From positions 15,511 to 79,510 of the forward strand of contig LBXA01000001.1 of assembly GCA_000995125.1 (NCBI GenBank): a stretch of 64,000 bases of DNA, read 5' to 3'. Position 1 is the first letter of the stretch; each line of letters starts with the position of its first letter. Position numbers and translations under genes: made by a program. Below are positions 19,676 through 29,504 of this stretch, piece after piece. The stretch is from Candidatus Moranbacteria bacterium GW2011_GWA2_39_41 (GTDB taxonomy: Bacteria > Patescibacteriota > Minisyncoccia > Moranbacterales > UBA2206). The notes below the pieces were generated by a model that was given only the letters and a program-made list of their open reading frames with translations, had not been told where the DNA came from and ran no database searches.

Positions 19676-20218
19676 ATGAAGAGAAAAATATTCATCAATA
19701 TAAATTTACCGGATCGAACAAAAAAACGGCTAAGTAGAGCCATTGAAAGATGGGTGGATTTGCCGGTGAAGTGGGTGCGGGAGGAAAACCTGCATGTTTC
19801 TTTGTTTTTCCTGGGCTTTGTGGATGATGATTCGACCTATGAGGTGTGTGAGGCTGTCACTCGAGCGGCCCAAACAGAGGAGATTTTTGACATAGAATTC
19901 GACACTATCAAGCTCAGTCCATCAGCTGAGGATCCGCGAGTGGTTGTGGTGACTGGCAAGCCCAATGAAAACTTGCGCAACTTGGCGGAAAAAATTGAAA
20001 AAGAATTGGGCATTTTTACGAGCGCAAAAAAAGAATTTCGTCCCAACATCACTTTGGGCAAGGTTCGTAAAAATATTTGGCAAGACTTGTCAGAGAAGCC
20101 GGTGATCAATAAGGAGTTTCCTTTGCTGGCCACTGTAGAAAGTGTGGACGTGATGGCAAGCAACTTTGAGGGTGATGACGCTGAATTTGTGATTGTTGAA
20201 AGTTGTCAGTTAGTGTAG
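19676..20218 (+). CDS. thpR: RNA 2',3'-cyclic phosphodiesterase (2H family)
   Basis: WVREENLHVSLFFLG; second motif FRPNITLG (His replaced by Asn). Confidence 0.85.
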   Translation: MKRKIFININLPDRTKKRLSRAIERWVDLPVKWVREENLHVSLFFLGFVDDDSTYEVCEAVTRAAQTEEIFDIEFDTIKLSPSAEDPRVVVVTGKPNENLRNLAEKIEKELGIFTSAKKEFRPNITLGKVRKNIWQDLSEKPVINKEFPLLATVESVDVMASNFEGDDAEFVIVESCQLV

Positions 20219-20251
20219 TAACTCGTAACTAGTAATTGGTAACTAGCAAAT

Positions 20252-21049
20252 ATGAATAGTATTTTGGGAGTTACAATTGATAATTTTTCTAAATATGAAA
20301 TACTTCAAAAAGTAGAATTTTTTCTTTCAGAAAATAAGCTTCATCAAATAGCTACAATAAATCCGGAGTTTATTTTGCAAGCACAAAAAGATAGTGAGTT
20401 CAAAAATATTTTGAATACTTGCGATTTGCGAATAGTGGATGGCGTCGGAATTTGGTTTGCTTTTTTGCGCTTTGGGAGTTTTCTGAAAAACAGAATGACC
20501 GGCATTGATTTGATGCTGGACATTTTGCGCATAGCCAATGAAAAAAAATTAAGAATATTTTTAGTTAGTTATACTGGCGCTTTGAGCTCGTGGGAAGAAA
20601 CTAAAGATGCTATTGCGAAAATTTATCCCAATCTAGAAGTAGACGGCGAAGCAATTTCGAATTTAGAATTTCTAATTTCGAATCAAACCAAAATTTCTAA
20701 TGACTTAATGTATAAAAAAATTAGTAATTCGAAATTAGAGCATTCAAAATTCATTCAAAATTCAGAATTCAAAATTCAGAATTCAGATATCGTTTTCTGT
20801 GCCCTAGGCTCTCCTTTACAAGAAAAATTCCTGCACTCGCTGAAATCACGTGAAAATGCTAAGATAAAACTAGCAATGGGCGTGGGTGGTAGTTTTGATT
20901 TCTTGACTGGCAAGCGTCAAAGGGCGCCAAAATTTCTGCAAAAAGTTGGACTAGAATGGTTGTGGCGTTTTGTTCAAGAGCCAAGATATCGCGCCAAAAG
21001 AATTTTCCGTGCCGTGGTGATTTTTCCAATCAAAGTAATTTTTAATTAG
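20252..21049 (+). CDS. WecB/TagA/CpsF family glycosyltransferase with low-complexity insertion
   Basis: TINPE, DGVG, RMTGIDL, LGSPLQE, GVGGSFD, RAP, GLEWLWR. Confidence 0.93.
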   Translation: MNSILGVTIDNFSKYEILQKVEFFLSENKLHQIATINPEFILQAQKDSEFKNILNTCDLRIVDGVGIWFAFLRFGSFLKNRMTGIDLMLDILRIANEKKLRIFLVSYTGALSSWEETKDAIAKIYPNLEVDGEAISNLEFLISNQTKISNDLMYKKISNSKLEHSKFIQNSEFKIQNSDIVFCALGSPLQEKFLHSLKSRENAKIKLAMGVGGSFDFLTGKRQRAPKFLQKVGLEWLWRFVQEPRYRAKRIFRAVVIFPIKVIFN

Positions 21050-21078
21050 CAATATTGTTTGGCGTCTGACGCTTCACA

Positions 21079-21540
21079 ATGTGCCAAAATTATATGACCG
21101 ACAAAACAAAGTTGATTCGCACCATCTATCTCTATCTAGCGGTGGCTGGCAGTTTGATTTTCACTGGCGTGGGCGCTGGCACACTTTTAAACACTGGCCT
21201 CAAATATTATTTTTTTCCGAAAGCTGAAAAGGGGGGATATAGCCAATGCAATCAACAACCACCAATCTATATGCTAGATAAATCTGCGCTTGTGGGCGTG
21301 GCGACTTCTGACCAGAAAATTCAACTCGAAAATCTTTTGCAGGACTATGAGCAGTGGAAATTGAATAATACCGGCGAAGAATGCTACAGCGCGCAACGTC
21401 AATCTAACTCTGTAGATTCAATCACAATGATTCTGGTGGCTTTACCAATATTATTATTGCATTGGAGGATTATTCGTAAAGAAAAAGAAATTAATGAGCA
21501 ATATATGTTCACAAAAAAACTTCACCCAACTAAATATTAA
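21079..21540 (+). CDS. Hypothetical membrane protein (DUF5671-like; may start at ATG 21094)
   Basis: IRTIYLYL N-terminal TM and LPILLLHW C-terminal TM. Confidence 0.7.
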   Translation: MCQNYMTDKTKLIRTIYLYLAVAGSLIFTGVGAGTLLNTGLKYYFFPKAEKGGYSQCNQQPPIYMLDKSALVGVATSDQKIQLENLLQDYEQWKLNNTGEECYSAQRQSNSVDSITMILVALPILLLHWRIIRKEKEINEQYMFTKKLHPTKY

Positions 21541-21695
21541 AAAAAACAATCAAACCAGATACTTGTAAGATATTATAAACTCTTGTTTTGATAAAAAACA
21601 AGAAAATAATCGGTAAAAGCTTACTCAACATTAGGTTTGAGCTTTTGGGAAAAAGTGTTAGAATGGGGGAAGATTAGAATTAGAATACAATATTT

Positions 21696-23243
21696 ATGGA
21701 TAAAAAAGTTAGGGTCAGATTTGCGCCGTCACCGACGGGGTATATGCATGTGGGAAACTTCAGGACGGCCTTGTATACTTATCTTTTCGCCAAAAAAACT
21801 GGCGGAGAGTTTTTGTTGCGTATTGAAGACACAGACAAAAACCGCTTTGTTGAAAATTCTATTGAAAATATCATAACCTTGCTAGAATGGTCGGGTCTAA
21901 TATACAGCGAAGGGGTTTTTGTAAATCCCAAATCAAAAATCTCAAATTCCAAACAAAATCCAAATTCAGAAATGACTAATTCTACAAGCTATCCTGACTT
22001 AGTTGAAATTGGAAATTTTGGGCCATACATTCAGTCTGAGAGATTAGACAGCTACAAAGAATACGCGCAGAAATTGATTGAAAATGGCACAGCTTATTAT
22101 TGTTTTTGCACTGAGCAAGATTTGGAAGCGATGCGCAATGAGCAAATCGCCAACAAGCAGGCGCCGATGTATAATCGCAGTTGTTTGAAATTGTCCACTG
22201 AAGAGATTCAGCAAAAAATTGCGGCAGGTGAAAAATATGTAATTCGTCAAAAAATAAATACAGAAGGATTCACAAAATACACTGATTTGATTCGGGGAGA
22301 AATTGAATTCAAGAATGAATTGTTGGATGATCAAATTCTTATGAAGTCCGATGGATATCCAACCTATAATTTCGCCAATGTGGTGGATGATCATTTAATG
22401 AGCATCTCACATGTTTTACGTGGCGAAGAGTATGTTTCTAGTACACCCAAGTATATTCAACTTTATCAAAATTTTGGTTGGGATGTGCCAGAATTTGCTC
22501 ATCTGCCATTGCTTTTGAATCCCGACAAAACAAAATTATCCAAGCGACAAGGTGATGTGGCCGTGGAAGACTACATTAAGAAAGGTTATTTAAAAGAAGC
22601 GATCATAAACTTTGTAGTGCTTTTGGGTTGGAACATCGGCGACGGCAGCACCCAAGAAGTTTTTTCACTGGCAGAATTGGAACAAGTTTTTGACTTGAAG
22701 CGCGTGCACAAGGCTGGCGCGGTTTTTGATTTGAAAAAATTGGATTGGCTGAATGCGCAATATATCAAGAAACTTTCTGTGGATGAACTGTATGAAAAAT
22801 CATTGGAATTTTTTGCCCAAAAAGATTTCTATAACAATGCTGCACCAGATGTGAAAACAGAAACATATTTGAAAAAAGTTTTGCAAATTGAACAAGAGCG
22901 CTTGAACAATTTATCTGAGGTGGGGGAGAACAATCAATTTTTCTTTGCACCGATTGCCTATGACAAAGTGATGCTCAATTGGAAAGATATGTTGCCGGAA
23001 GCCTTGCAAGAATCATTGCAGAAATCCATTGAAACACTGAGCGGAATTGCTGAAGAAAATTGGGAACTGAAAAATATTGAAGAAAAACTTTTTGCTGTCG
23101 CCGGAGACAAGAAAGGTGATTTGCTGTGGCCATTGCGAGTGGCACTGTCCGGCGCGCAAAAATCGCCTTCACCGATGGAATTGGCCTGGGTGTTGGGCAA
23201 AACAGAATCTTTGCAACGATTACAAAACGCGTTGGAAAGATAA
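21696..23243 (+). CDS. gltX: Glutamate--tRNA ligase
   Basis: RFAPSPTGYMHVGN, LRIEDTD, HVLRGEE, KLSKR. Confidence 0.98.
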   Translation: MDKKVRVRFAPSPTGYMHVGNFRTALYTYLFAKKTGGEFLLRIEDTDKNRFVENSIENIITLLEWSGLIYSEGVFVNPKSKISNSKQNPNSEMTNSTSYPDLVEIGNFGPYIQSERLDSYKEYAQKLIENGTAYYCFCTEQDLEAMRNEQIANKQAPMYNRSCLKLSTEEIQQKIAAGEKYVIRQKINTEGFTKYTDLIRGEIEFKNELLDDQILMKSDGYPTYNFANVVDDHLMSISHVLRGEEYVSSTPKYIQLYQNFGWDVPEFAHLPLLLNPDKTKLSKRQGDVAVEDYIKKGYLKEAIINFVVLLGWNIGDGSTQEVFSLAELEQVFDLKRVHKAGAVFDLKKLDWLNAQYIKKLSVDELYEKSLEFFAQKDFYNNAAPDVKTETYLKKVLQIEQERLNNLSEVGENNQFFFAPIAYDKVMLNWKDMLPEALQESLQKSIETLSGIAEENWELKNIEEKLFAVAGDKKGDLLWPLRVALSGAQKSPSPMELAWVLGKTESLQRLQNALER

Positions 23244-23255
23244 TTTCCAAAAAAT

Positions 23256-24497
23256 ATGTTCAAAATAAAAAACAAAAAAATAAATATTTCTAATATCGCC
23301 ATCCTATCGACCACAATTTCTGTGTGGTCAATTTTTAGTTTTGCGGGCGACAAGGTGAGTGCTTCAACTTGCGACACACTCATTGGCGACGCCCAAAAAA
23401 AATGCGTGGCTCTGGAAAAGAAAGCGCAAGCTTATCAGGATATCATTGCTATTAAGGTCAAGCAGCAAGCTACTTTGCAAAAACAAATGACTTTGATTGA
23501 TGCTGAACAATCTAAAAATAAAAATGATTTGCAAAAAGTTCATGATAAATTTCAAACTGTTTCACAGCAAATTGCCAGTTTAGAAAAAAGGATCTCTAGT
23601 GAAGAAGAGCAAATTGAGCAGCAAAAAACAATCTTATCGGGATTAATGCGCATATATTATGAAGATTACCAACAAGGCGTACTAGATATCGTTTTGGTTG
23701 ACAAGGAATTTTCAGAATTTATGAATCAAGCTGATTATATGCAGCAATCTAGTTTGAAGGTTTCAGATGTTTTGAAATCTATTCAGGATATTAAATTGGA
23801 TTTAGAAAATCAAAAAACTGAATTGGAAGGCAAAAGATCTGAACATGAACAACTGCAAGGGCAACTGGAAGAAAAAAATCTAACCCTGCAAAAAACCGAG
23901 ACCCAAAAGCAAATCCTACTTGGACAAACAAAAGCTGAAGAAGCGAAATATCAAGATCTGTTGTCTGATATTGAAGATGAAATCAGTAGTCTAGAGCAAA
24001 ATTTGTCTAGTACAGTTAATATGGCCAATTTGCCACCAGACAAAAGCGGCTATTTCACTTGGCCAGTTAATCCACATATTCTTACACAAGGTTATGGCAA
24101 AACAAGCTTTGCTAAAACATCAGGGATATACAAAAATAATTTTCACAATGGATATGATTTCGGTATTAAATTTGGCAACCTATATGCAGCTAAAGGTGGC
24201 ACGGTGATTGGTTCAGGTGATAATGGAAAATATGCCTATGGTAAATGGCTGGCCATCAATCATGGCGACGGGTTAGTAACACTCTACGGACATCTTAGCG
24301 CTAAAAATGTCAGTAAAGGTTCTAAAGTTACTGAAGGTCAAAAAATTGGCACCACTGGTAACACCGGAAATTCAACTGGACCACATCTGCATTTTTCAGT
24401 TTTTGCTTCCAACACGTTCAAAACAGTTGAATCATCCTATGTCAAAGGACTCATGATTCCAACTGGCGCGCCTGTGACACCAAAGAAATATCTATAA
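23256..24497 (+). CDS. Coiled-coil M23 peptidase (EnvC/murein hydrolase-like)
   Basis: Signal peptide, long coiled coil, HNGYD, YGHL, STGPHLHF. Confidence 0.9.
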   Translation: MFKIKNKKINISNIAILSTTISVWSIFSFAGDKVSASTCDTLIGDAQKKCVALEKKAQAYQDIIAIKVKQQATLQKQMTLIDAEQSKNKNDLQKVHDKFQTVSQQIASLEKRISSEEEQIEQQKTILSGLMRIYYEDYQQGVLDIVLVDKEFSEFMNQADYMQQSSLKVSDVLKSIQDIKLDLENQKTELEGKRSEHEQLQGQLEEKNLTLQKTETQKQILLGQTKAEEAKYQDLLSDIEDEISSLEQNLSSTVNMANLPPDKSGYFTWPVNPHILTQGYGKTSFAKTSGIYKNNFHNGYDFGIKFGNLYAAKGGTVIGSGDNGKYAYGKWLAINHGDGLVTLYGHLSAKNVSKGSKVTEGQKIGTTGNTGNSTGPHLHFSVFASNTFKTVESSYVKGLMIPTGAPVTPKKYL

Positions 24498-24522
24498 AAT
24501 TATTTCTTGTGCTAAAAAAATA

Positions 24523-24557
24523 AAAAATGACTCAATCACCTTTTCGAGTCATTTTTG
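24523..24557. terminator. Intrinsic terminator after the M23 gene
   Basis: AAAAATGACTC...GAGTCATTTTT. Confidence 0.65.
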
Positions 24558-24783
24558 ATTTTAGATAACTCAACGGGGGATAGTCTGGTTTTGGAAAAAT
24601 AAAAAGCCCAAAAAGGTGTTTTTGGGTATACATCAATGTATGTCTGATTTGGACAGACTGAGTTCAAAACGCCAAATTGGAGGTTAAAAAATTTTCCGAC
24701 AGAAATTTCAGATACGTAGTAGTATATAAAAATAAAAAAATACTTTTGCAAATATTTTTTTTATGCGTGTTATTTAGTTTTTA

Positions 24784-24895
24784 GGATAGTGACACAAAAG
24801 AGTTCGAATGGGATAGTTAGATATATATACTAAGTGTATTCAACTCAGGATTCTTTTGTGCGGTGTCGTAAAAGATAGATTGTGCGACACTGTCC
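24784..24895 (+). ncRNA. Candidate structured small RNA
   Basis: GGATAGTG/CACTGTCC, CACAAAAGAG/TTCTTTTGTG and GTGTCGTA/TGCGACAC helices; mismatches are G-U compatible only on the + strand. Confidence 0.35.
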
Positions 24896-24926
24896 ATATT
24901 TCAAGATGCACACTTCCTTAGTCAAA

Positions 24927-25490
24927 TTAGGCATTTTTGGGATTGTAACTTTTTATAAAACTAATTGGTTCTTTCCAATATTCTATCTCTGTGATGTTCT
25001 CACCCTTCTCCTGCTCCTTGAAATAACCTGGTAAAACTTTTCCGTGAAATGGTCCATCATAAATTCCAAAATGCAGATGCTCCTCTTCCCAAACCCCATT
25101 GGACTCACTGAGTGATTTTCCGATGGTTCCCATAAGACCTCCCATTTCAATGGTGTCACCTTTCTTCACAAAACGTCGACCGAGATGGCCGTATAAAGAA
25201 TAGAAAACTTTTTTAGTTTTTGGATCCTTGTGTGCGATGATAACGATGCCTCCCCAATTTCTTTTTGTGACTTCGCCGCTCTCAGATAATTCTCCTGAAT
25301 GTAGTTTTGAGTACACAACAATGCCTCGGCCAATTGAAAAAACTTTCGTTTCTGCAACGGCTGAGATATCAATGCCGAGATGTCTGCCCCATAGTTTTTT
25401 GTCATACACATTCATCTCGCCGAAACCAGAAGAAATGTTTTTGAAATTTCCAACCGGGAACATTAGATTAGGTGTGATTCGATACGCCAT
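24927..25490 (-). CDS. M23 family metallopeptidase (stand-alone)
   Basis: HLGID, YSLYGHL, HLHFGI. Confidence 0.88.
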   Translation of the reverse strand: MAYRITPNLMFPVGNFKNISSGFGEMNVYDKKLWGRHLGIDISAVAETKVFSIGRGIVVYSKLHSGELSESGEVTKRNWGGIVIIAHKDPKTKKVFYSLYGHLGRRFVKKGDTIEMGGLMGTIGKSLSESNGVWEEEHLHFGIYDGPFHGKVLPGYFKEQEKGENITEIEYWKEPISFIKSYNPKNA

Positions 25491-25566
25491 ATAATCGACT
25501 CACGAATGTGAAACGAATTCTTAGCAAATTGATGCTAATAAAAAATTTGTTTCAATTCGCTTTGAA

Positions 25567-25962
25567 TTAGTGTTTATTTTGCGAGTTTTTCTTATAATCT
25601 TTGATGGCTTCATGCAGTGCTTCATCTGCCAAATTTGAACAATGCATTTTGATAGGTGGCAAACCTTCCAAGGCATCCGCCACATCATCACGCGTAATCT
25701 TCAAGGCCTGCTCAATGGTTTTGCCCATCGCCAAATCTGTCACCATGGATGATGTCGCAATCGCTGAAGCGCATCCTAGAGTTTCAAATTTAATATTATC
25801 AATTATGTCGCCCTTTTCCTTGTCTTTTTTGACTTTGATATAGATCTTCATCAAATCACCACACACTGGATTGCCCACCATGCCAACACCAGAGGCGTTT
25901 TTAATCACTCCTTGATTGTGAGGTCGTGTGAAATGATCGAGAACTTTTTTTGAATATTGCAT
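25567..25962 (-). CDS. iscU: Fe-S scaffold IscU/NifU-N
   Basis: YSKKVLDHF, GNPVCGD, GCASAIA, PPIKMHCS. Confidence 0.95.
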   Translation of the reverse strand: MQYSKKVLDHFTRPHNQGVIKNASGVGMVGNPVCGDLMKIYIKVKKDKEKGDIIDNIKFETLGCASAIATSSMVTDLAMGKTIEQALKITRDDVADALEGLPPIKMHCSNLADEALHEAIKDYKKNSQNKH

Positions 25963-26124
25963 GCCATTTTTGTCTGCGAGCTGTGCGAGTAGCTACAAAA
26001 ATGAGCATCCCGCACAAATTTCTCGCGAAACTTGTTATTTGGATTAAGTTTAGCCGTTAGGCGAATTTGCAAAACAACTTATATATTATTTGCCCAGCGT
26101 AACAAAAATTTGTGCTGGGATACC
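25962..26124 (-). repeat. ~161-nt structured element, copy C (fills the iscS-iscU spacer)
   Basis: TCCCAGCACAAATTT...CGCCTAACGGCT...AAATTTGTGCGGGATGCTCATTTTTGTAGC...CTCGCAGACAAAAATGGCA. Confidence 0.9.
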
Positions 26125-26127
26125 TCC

Positions 26128-27390
26128 CTATTTTTTAGAGTAATAGTCTGTTAATACTGAACCAGAAATTTTTCGCAATCTAGTTATGATTATTTTTAAT
26201 TTCTTCACTGTCATGTCTATTTCCTGCTTGGTTGTGTATTTGCCGATTGTGAATCGCAATGATCCATGTGCCTGTTCTGCCTTGAGCCCGATGGACAACA
26301 AGACATGTGAGGGTGACAATGCGCCCGATGAACAAGCGGAACCAGTGGAGCAAGCAACGCCCTCCATATCCAATGAAAGCAAAAGTCCCTCCCCTTCCAC
26401 ATCAGCAAAACTGAAGTTGGCATTGTTGGGCGAGCGCATAATGCGCGATCCATTTAATTTTGCATCAGAAATTTCTCGCAAAACTTTTTCTATCAAATAA
26501 TCACGTAATTTTAGTATAGCCATATTTTGTTTTTTGTTTTTTGTATCTTGTATCTTTTCAATGGCTTTGCCAAACCCAACAATTCCAGGCACGTTGTGTG
26601 TGCCCGCGCGCATCTTGTATTCCTGATCACCACCGTCTTGAATTTTCTTGATGGCAGTCCCCTTTTTAACGAACAACATCCCTACACCCTTGGGTCCATA
26701 AATTTTGTGTGCTGACATAGAAAGCAAATCTACACCTAATTTTGTCACATTGCACTCAAAATAGTTCACTGCTTGTGTTGCATCAGTGTGAAATAAAAGC
26801 TTAAATTCACTTTCTTTTTTAGTGGCATTTATTTTTTTCACCAATTTGCCAATTTTTTCAATAGGTTGCACTGTGCCAATTTCATTGTTCACATACATCA
26901 CGGAAATCAAAATTGTGTTTGATTTGATAGCCTTGGCGATATCGCTAACTTCAATTAGCCCATCTTTGCCTGGGTTGATATAAGAAACTTCCGCTAAATT
27001 TTCTTTTTCTACGGCTTTGCAAGAATCCAGCACGCAATGATGTTCAAATGCGGTCGTGATTATGTGGGGTTTTATGTTTTTCGTAGTTCGTACATTCGGG
27101 CTTGATTCGTAATTCGTAGCGAATTGCGAATAATATGACTTCAAAACACCCTTAATGGTGATGTTGTTTGCTTCTGTGGCTCCACTGGTAAAAATTATTT
27201 CTGATGGTGTAGCGCCAAAAAAACTGGCGATTTTGCCACGCGCGCAGTCTACTGCTTGCAAAGCATCTTGTCCAAAAGAATGAATCGACATGGCATTGCC
27301 AAAATTCTCCGAAAAATATGGCAACATTTCTTTCAACACTTCTTTGTCTACGGGTGTAGTGGCAGCATAATCTAAATATATCTTTTTCAT
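26128..27390 (-). CDS. iscS: Cysteine desulfurase IscS/NifS
   Basis: IYLDYAATTP, FTSGATEANN, HTDATQA, SAHKIYGPKG, STGSACSS. Confidence 0.96.
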   Translation of the reverse strand: MKKIYLDYAATTPVDKEVLKEMLPYFSENFGNAMSIHSFGQDALQAVDCARGKIASFFGATPSEIIFTSGATEANNITIKGVLKSYYSQFATNYESSPNVRTTKNIKPHIITTAFEHHCVLDSCKAVEKENLAEVSYINPGKDGLIEVSDIAKAIKSNTILISVMYVNNEIGTVQPIEKIGKLVKKINATKKESEFKLLFHTDATQAVNYFECNVTKLGVDLLSMSAHKIYGPKGVGMLFVKKGTAIKKIQDGGDQEYKMRAGTHNVPGIVGFGKAIEKIQDTKNKKQNMAILKLRDYLIEKVLREISDAKLNGSRIMRSPNNANFSFADVEGEGLLLSLDMEGVACSTGSACSSGALSPSHVLLSIGLKAEQAHGSLRFTIGKYTTKQEIDMTVKKLKIIITRLRKISGSVLTDYYSKK

Positions 27391-27398
27391 AGATAGTA

Positions 27399-27442
27399 TC
27401 CTAGAGCTTAGCTCTTGGATATCCTAGAGCTAAGCTTTAGGA
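27399..27442. repeat. Doublet of GAGCT(A/T)AGCT palindromes
   Basis: TCCTAGAGCTTAGCTCTTGGA and TCCTAGAGCTAAGCTTTAGGA; same core as 44901-44945. Confidence 0.75.
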
Positions 27443-27463
27443 CTCCATCAAGCAACTCATTTT

Positions 27464-27853
27464 TTATTTTATTAAATCACTTAATTTTATTCCCCGTAAT
27501 GTTTTTTCAATCTGTGTTCCTAAAATTTTCCAAACAATTTTTGATGAACATAAATGCTCCATTCTGCAAACCTTGCCAACACATTTCATCGGCGCAATCG
27601 GGCCTTCCAACGCAATCACGATATCAGCCACATTGATTTTTTTAGCCGGAATTTTCAAAGCATATCCCCCGTTGGTGCCCTTGAAACTATCTACTAAATC
27701 ATATTTTCGCAAAACATTTAAAAGTCGTTCCAGATATTTAATCGAGATTGACTCTTCTTTGGCAATCAATTTGATGTTTTTGACCTTGGTTTCATTCTTC
27801 GCCAAATTCACCATCGCCTTGAGCCCGTATTCAGCTTTAGTTGAAAATTTCAT
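27464..27853 (-). CDS. Rrf2 family regulator (IscR-like, three Cys)
   Basis: MKFSTKAEYGL, YLERL, GTNGGYAL, C-x4-C-x5-C; heads iscS-iscU. Confidence 0.92.
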   Translation of the reverse strand: MKFSTKAEYGLKAMVNLAKNETKVKNIKLIAKEESISIKYLERLLNVLRKYDLVDSFKGTNGGYALKIPAKKINVADIVIALEGPIAPMKCVGKVCRMEHLCSSKIVWKILGTQIEKTLRGIKLSDLIK

Positions 27854-27954
27854 TTACCCTGTTGAATAGAATTTATTATATATGCGTTCAAACTTAAAGC
27901 TTGGTTAAATTTATACTTCAATTGCAGTTATTGTTTGTTATTATTCAACAGGGT
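27853..27954 (-). repeat. CCC-GTT(A/G)AAT family inverted-repeat element ending on the rrf2 ATG
   Basis: 13-bp perfect IR ACCCTGTTGAATA/TATTCAACAGGGT; minus strand ends GGGTAAATG. Confidence 0.7.
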
Positions 27955-28007
27955 TAACCCATCAAATATACTAACAAACACATATCCCACCAATTTAGTA
28001 TACATTC

Positions 28008-28036
28008 ATATTACAAAAAAACCTGACACAAGTCAA
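28008..28036 (-). promoter_or_regulatory. sigma70 promoter of the rrf2-iscS-iscU operon
   Basis: TTGACT-17 bp-TAATAT on the minus strand. Confidence 0.6.
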
Positions 28037-28053
28037 GTCGGTCGTCAAAGAAT

Positions 28054-28176
28054 CTAGATTAATTCGGAAAGTCCATAGGATATTGTAAAAACGATAATGA
28101 TAAAAACTGAGGCTGCAATCAGAAATACAAATCTAAACATTTCATCTCCAGTTGGTTTTTTTATATCCTTTATCAT
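28054..28176 (-). CDS. 40-aa single-TM small protein (below ORF-track cutoff)
   Basis: MIKDIKKPTGDEMFRFVFLIAASVFIIIVFTISYGLSELI. Confidence 0.45.
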   Translation of the reverse strand: MIKDIKKPTGDEMFRFVFLIAASVFIIIVFTISYGLSELI

Positions 28177-28295
28177 GTTTATTTTTTATATCAAAAACAT
28201 TACTCTTCTATTATAATATAACTATTTTTTCTGGCAAGTCCCCTATTTGACCACCCAACCACAATAAACTACAATTAGAAATATAAAATAAAACT

Positions 28296-29420
28296 ATGCG
28301 TATATCATATTCCGCTCTAGATTCTTATCAAAACTGTTCCCTGAAATACAAATTTCAGAACATTGATCATATCAAAACTCCCAAATCCAAAGAGGCGGTT
28401 TTCGGTACCACCATTCATGATACCATGAAATTAATCCACACGCCGGCTATTCTATCCCCGACGGTGGACGAAGCCTTGGAACATTTTTCCAATGCCTGGA
28501 ATCCAGCTGTTTTTGAAACTCCCGATGAAGAGCGCGTGGCTTTTTCGCAAGGCGTGAAAATCATTCAAGATTATTATCAAAAGAACAATCCAGCCAATTT
28601 CAATATTGTGGATTTGGAATCACGTTTTCAGATTGAAATCGGCGCTGGCGAAAACAAGCACATTGTTTCTGGCATCATTGACCGCATCGACAAAACAACT
28701 GACGGCTATGAAATCATCGACTACAAAACCACCAAGAAAATGCCTTCGCAAGACAAAGTGGACAATGATTTGCAGTTGTCCGTCTATTTGCAAGCTTTTC
28801 TAGCTCGCTATCCCAAAGAAATTGCCAACATTGAAAAGTTGACTGTGAGCCTCTATTATCTCAAGCATGGCGTGAAGCTTTCAGCCACTCGCACCGTTGA
28901 ACAACTCAAAAAAAGTGAAGAACTATTCTTGGATGTGATTGCGCAAATTGAAACTGGAAAATTTGAACCCAACATCACTCCCCTGTGTGATTGGTGTGGC
29001 TATCAAAACATCTGTCCGATGTGGCGACACAAATTCAAAGAATTGCGCAAAATTGACACTGCCGAAATTGATTCAGCCATCAATGAATATGTCGAGCTCA
29101 AATCCGCCATTTCCCTCACCAAAGACCGCTTGGCAGAAATCCAAGAGACAATTCTGGGCTATATGAATCAAGAAGGCGTGGAACGTGTTTTTGGCGCTCA
29201 AGGTATCATCGCCCGCTCCCTGCGCAAGACCTACAAATATGATGAAAAGAAAATTCGTGAAATTTTGGAACCGCTCGACAAATGGGAAACCGTCTTGAAA
29301 GTTGATGGCGTGGCTTTGAAGCAAATCATCGGCGTTCTACCCTTTGACGCCCGCACCGAAATTGAAAAAGCTAAAGTGGTCGACAAAGAAACTAAGACTT
29401 TGGCGGTGAAGAAGAAATAG
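28296..29420 (+). CDS. PD-(D/E)XK nuclease, Cas4/AddB-like with four-Cys Fe-S motif
   Basis: SYSAL...C, GTTIH, GIIDRID, IIDYKT, QLSVY, CDWC-x5-C. Confidence 0.9.
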   Translation: MRISYSALDSYQNCSLKYKFQNIDHIKTPKSKEAVFGTTIHDTMKLIHTPAILSPTVDEALEHFSNAWNPAVFETPDEERVAFSQGVKIIQDYYQKNNPANFNIVDLESRFQIEIGAGENKHIVSGIIDRIDKTTDGYEIIDYKTTKKMPSQDKVDNDLQLSVYLQAFLARYPKEIANIEKLTVSLYYLKHGVKLSATRTVEQLKKSEELFLDVIAQIETGKFEPNITPLCDWCGYQNICPMWRHKFKELRKIDTAEIDSAINEYVELKSAISLTKDRLAEIQETILGYMNQEGVERVFGAQGIIARSLRKTYKYDEKKIREILEPLDKWETVLKVDGVALKQIIGVLPFDARTEIEKAKVVDKETKTLAVKKK

Positions 29421-29456
29421 AAAATCCTGTAGGAGTGAAACCCCTATAAAAATAAA

Positions 29457-29490
29457 CAAAAAAATCCTCACTTCTCACGAGGATTTTTTT
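29457..29490. terminator. Bidirectional terminator
   Basis: AAAAATCCTC...GAGGATTTTTTT. Confidence 0.75.
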
Positions 29491-29504
29491 ATGTCGCGAT
29501 AAAT

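Noticed and set aside
24536-24751. 71-aa minus-strand ORF, and 30664-30912
   Set aside because: Weak starts, no recognisable motif, and they overlap a terminator or a repeat element.
27984-28005. Rrf2/IscR operator downstream of the isc promoter
   Set aside because: Position is plausible but the symmetry is too weak to call.
28296-29420. CRISPR-Cas locus
   Set aside because: No repeat-spacer array or other cas genes in the window.
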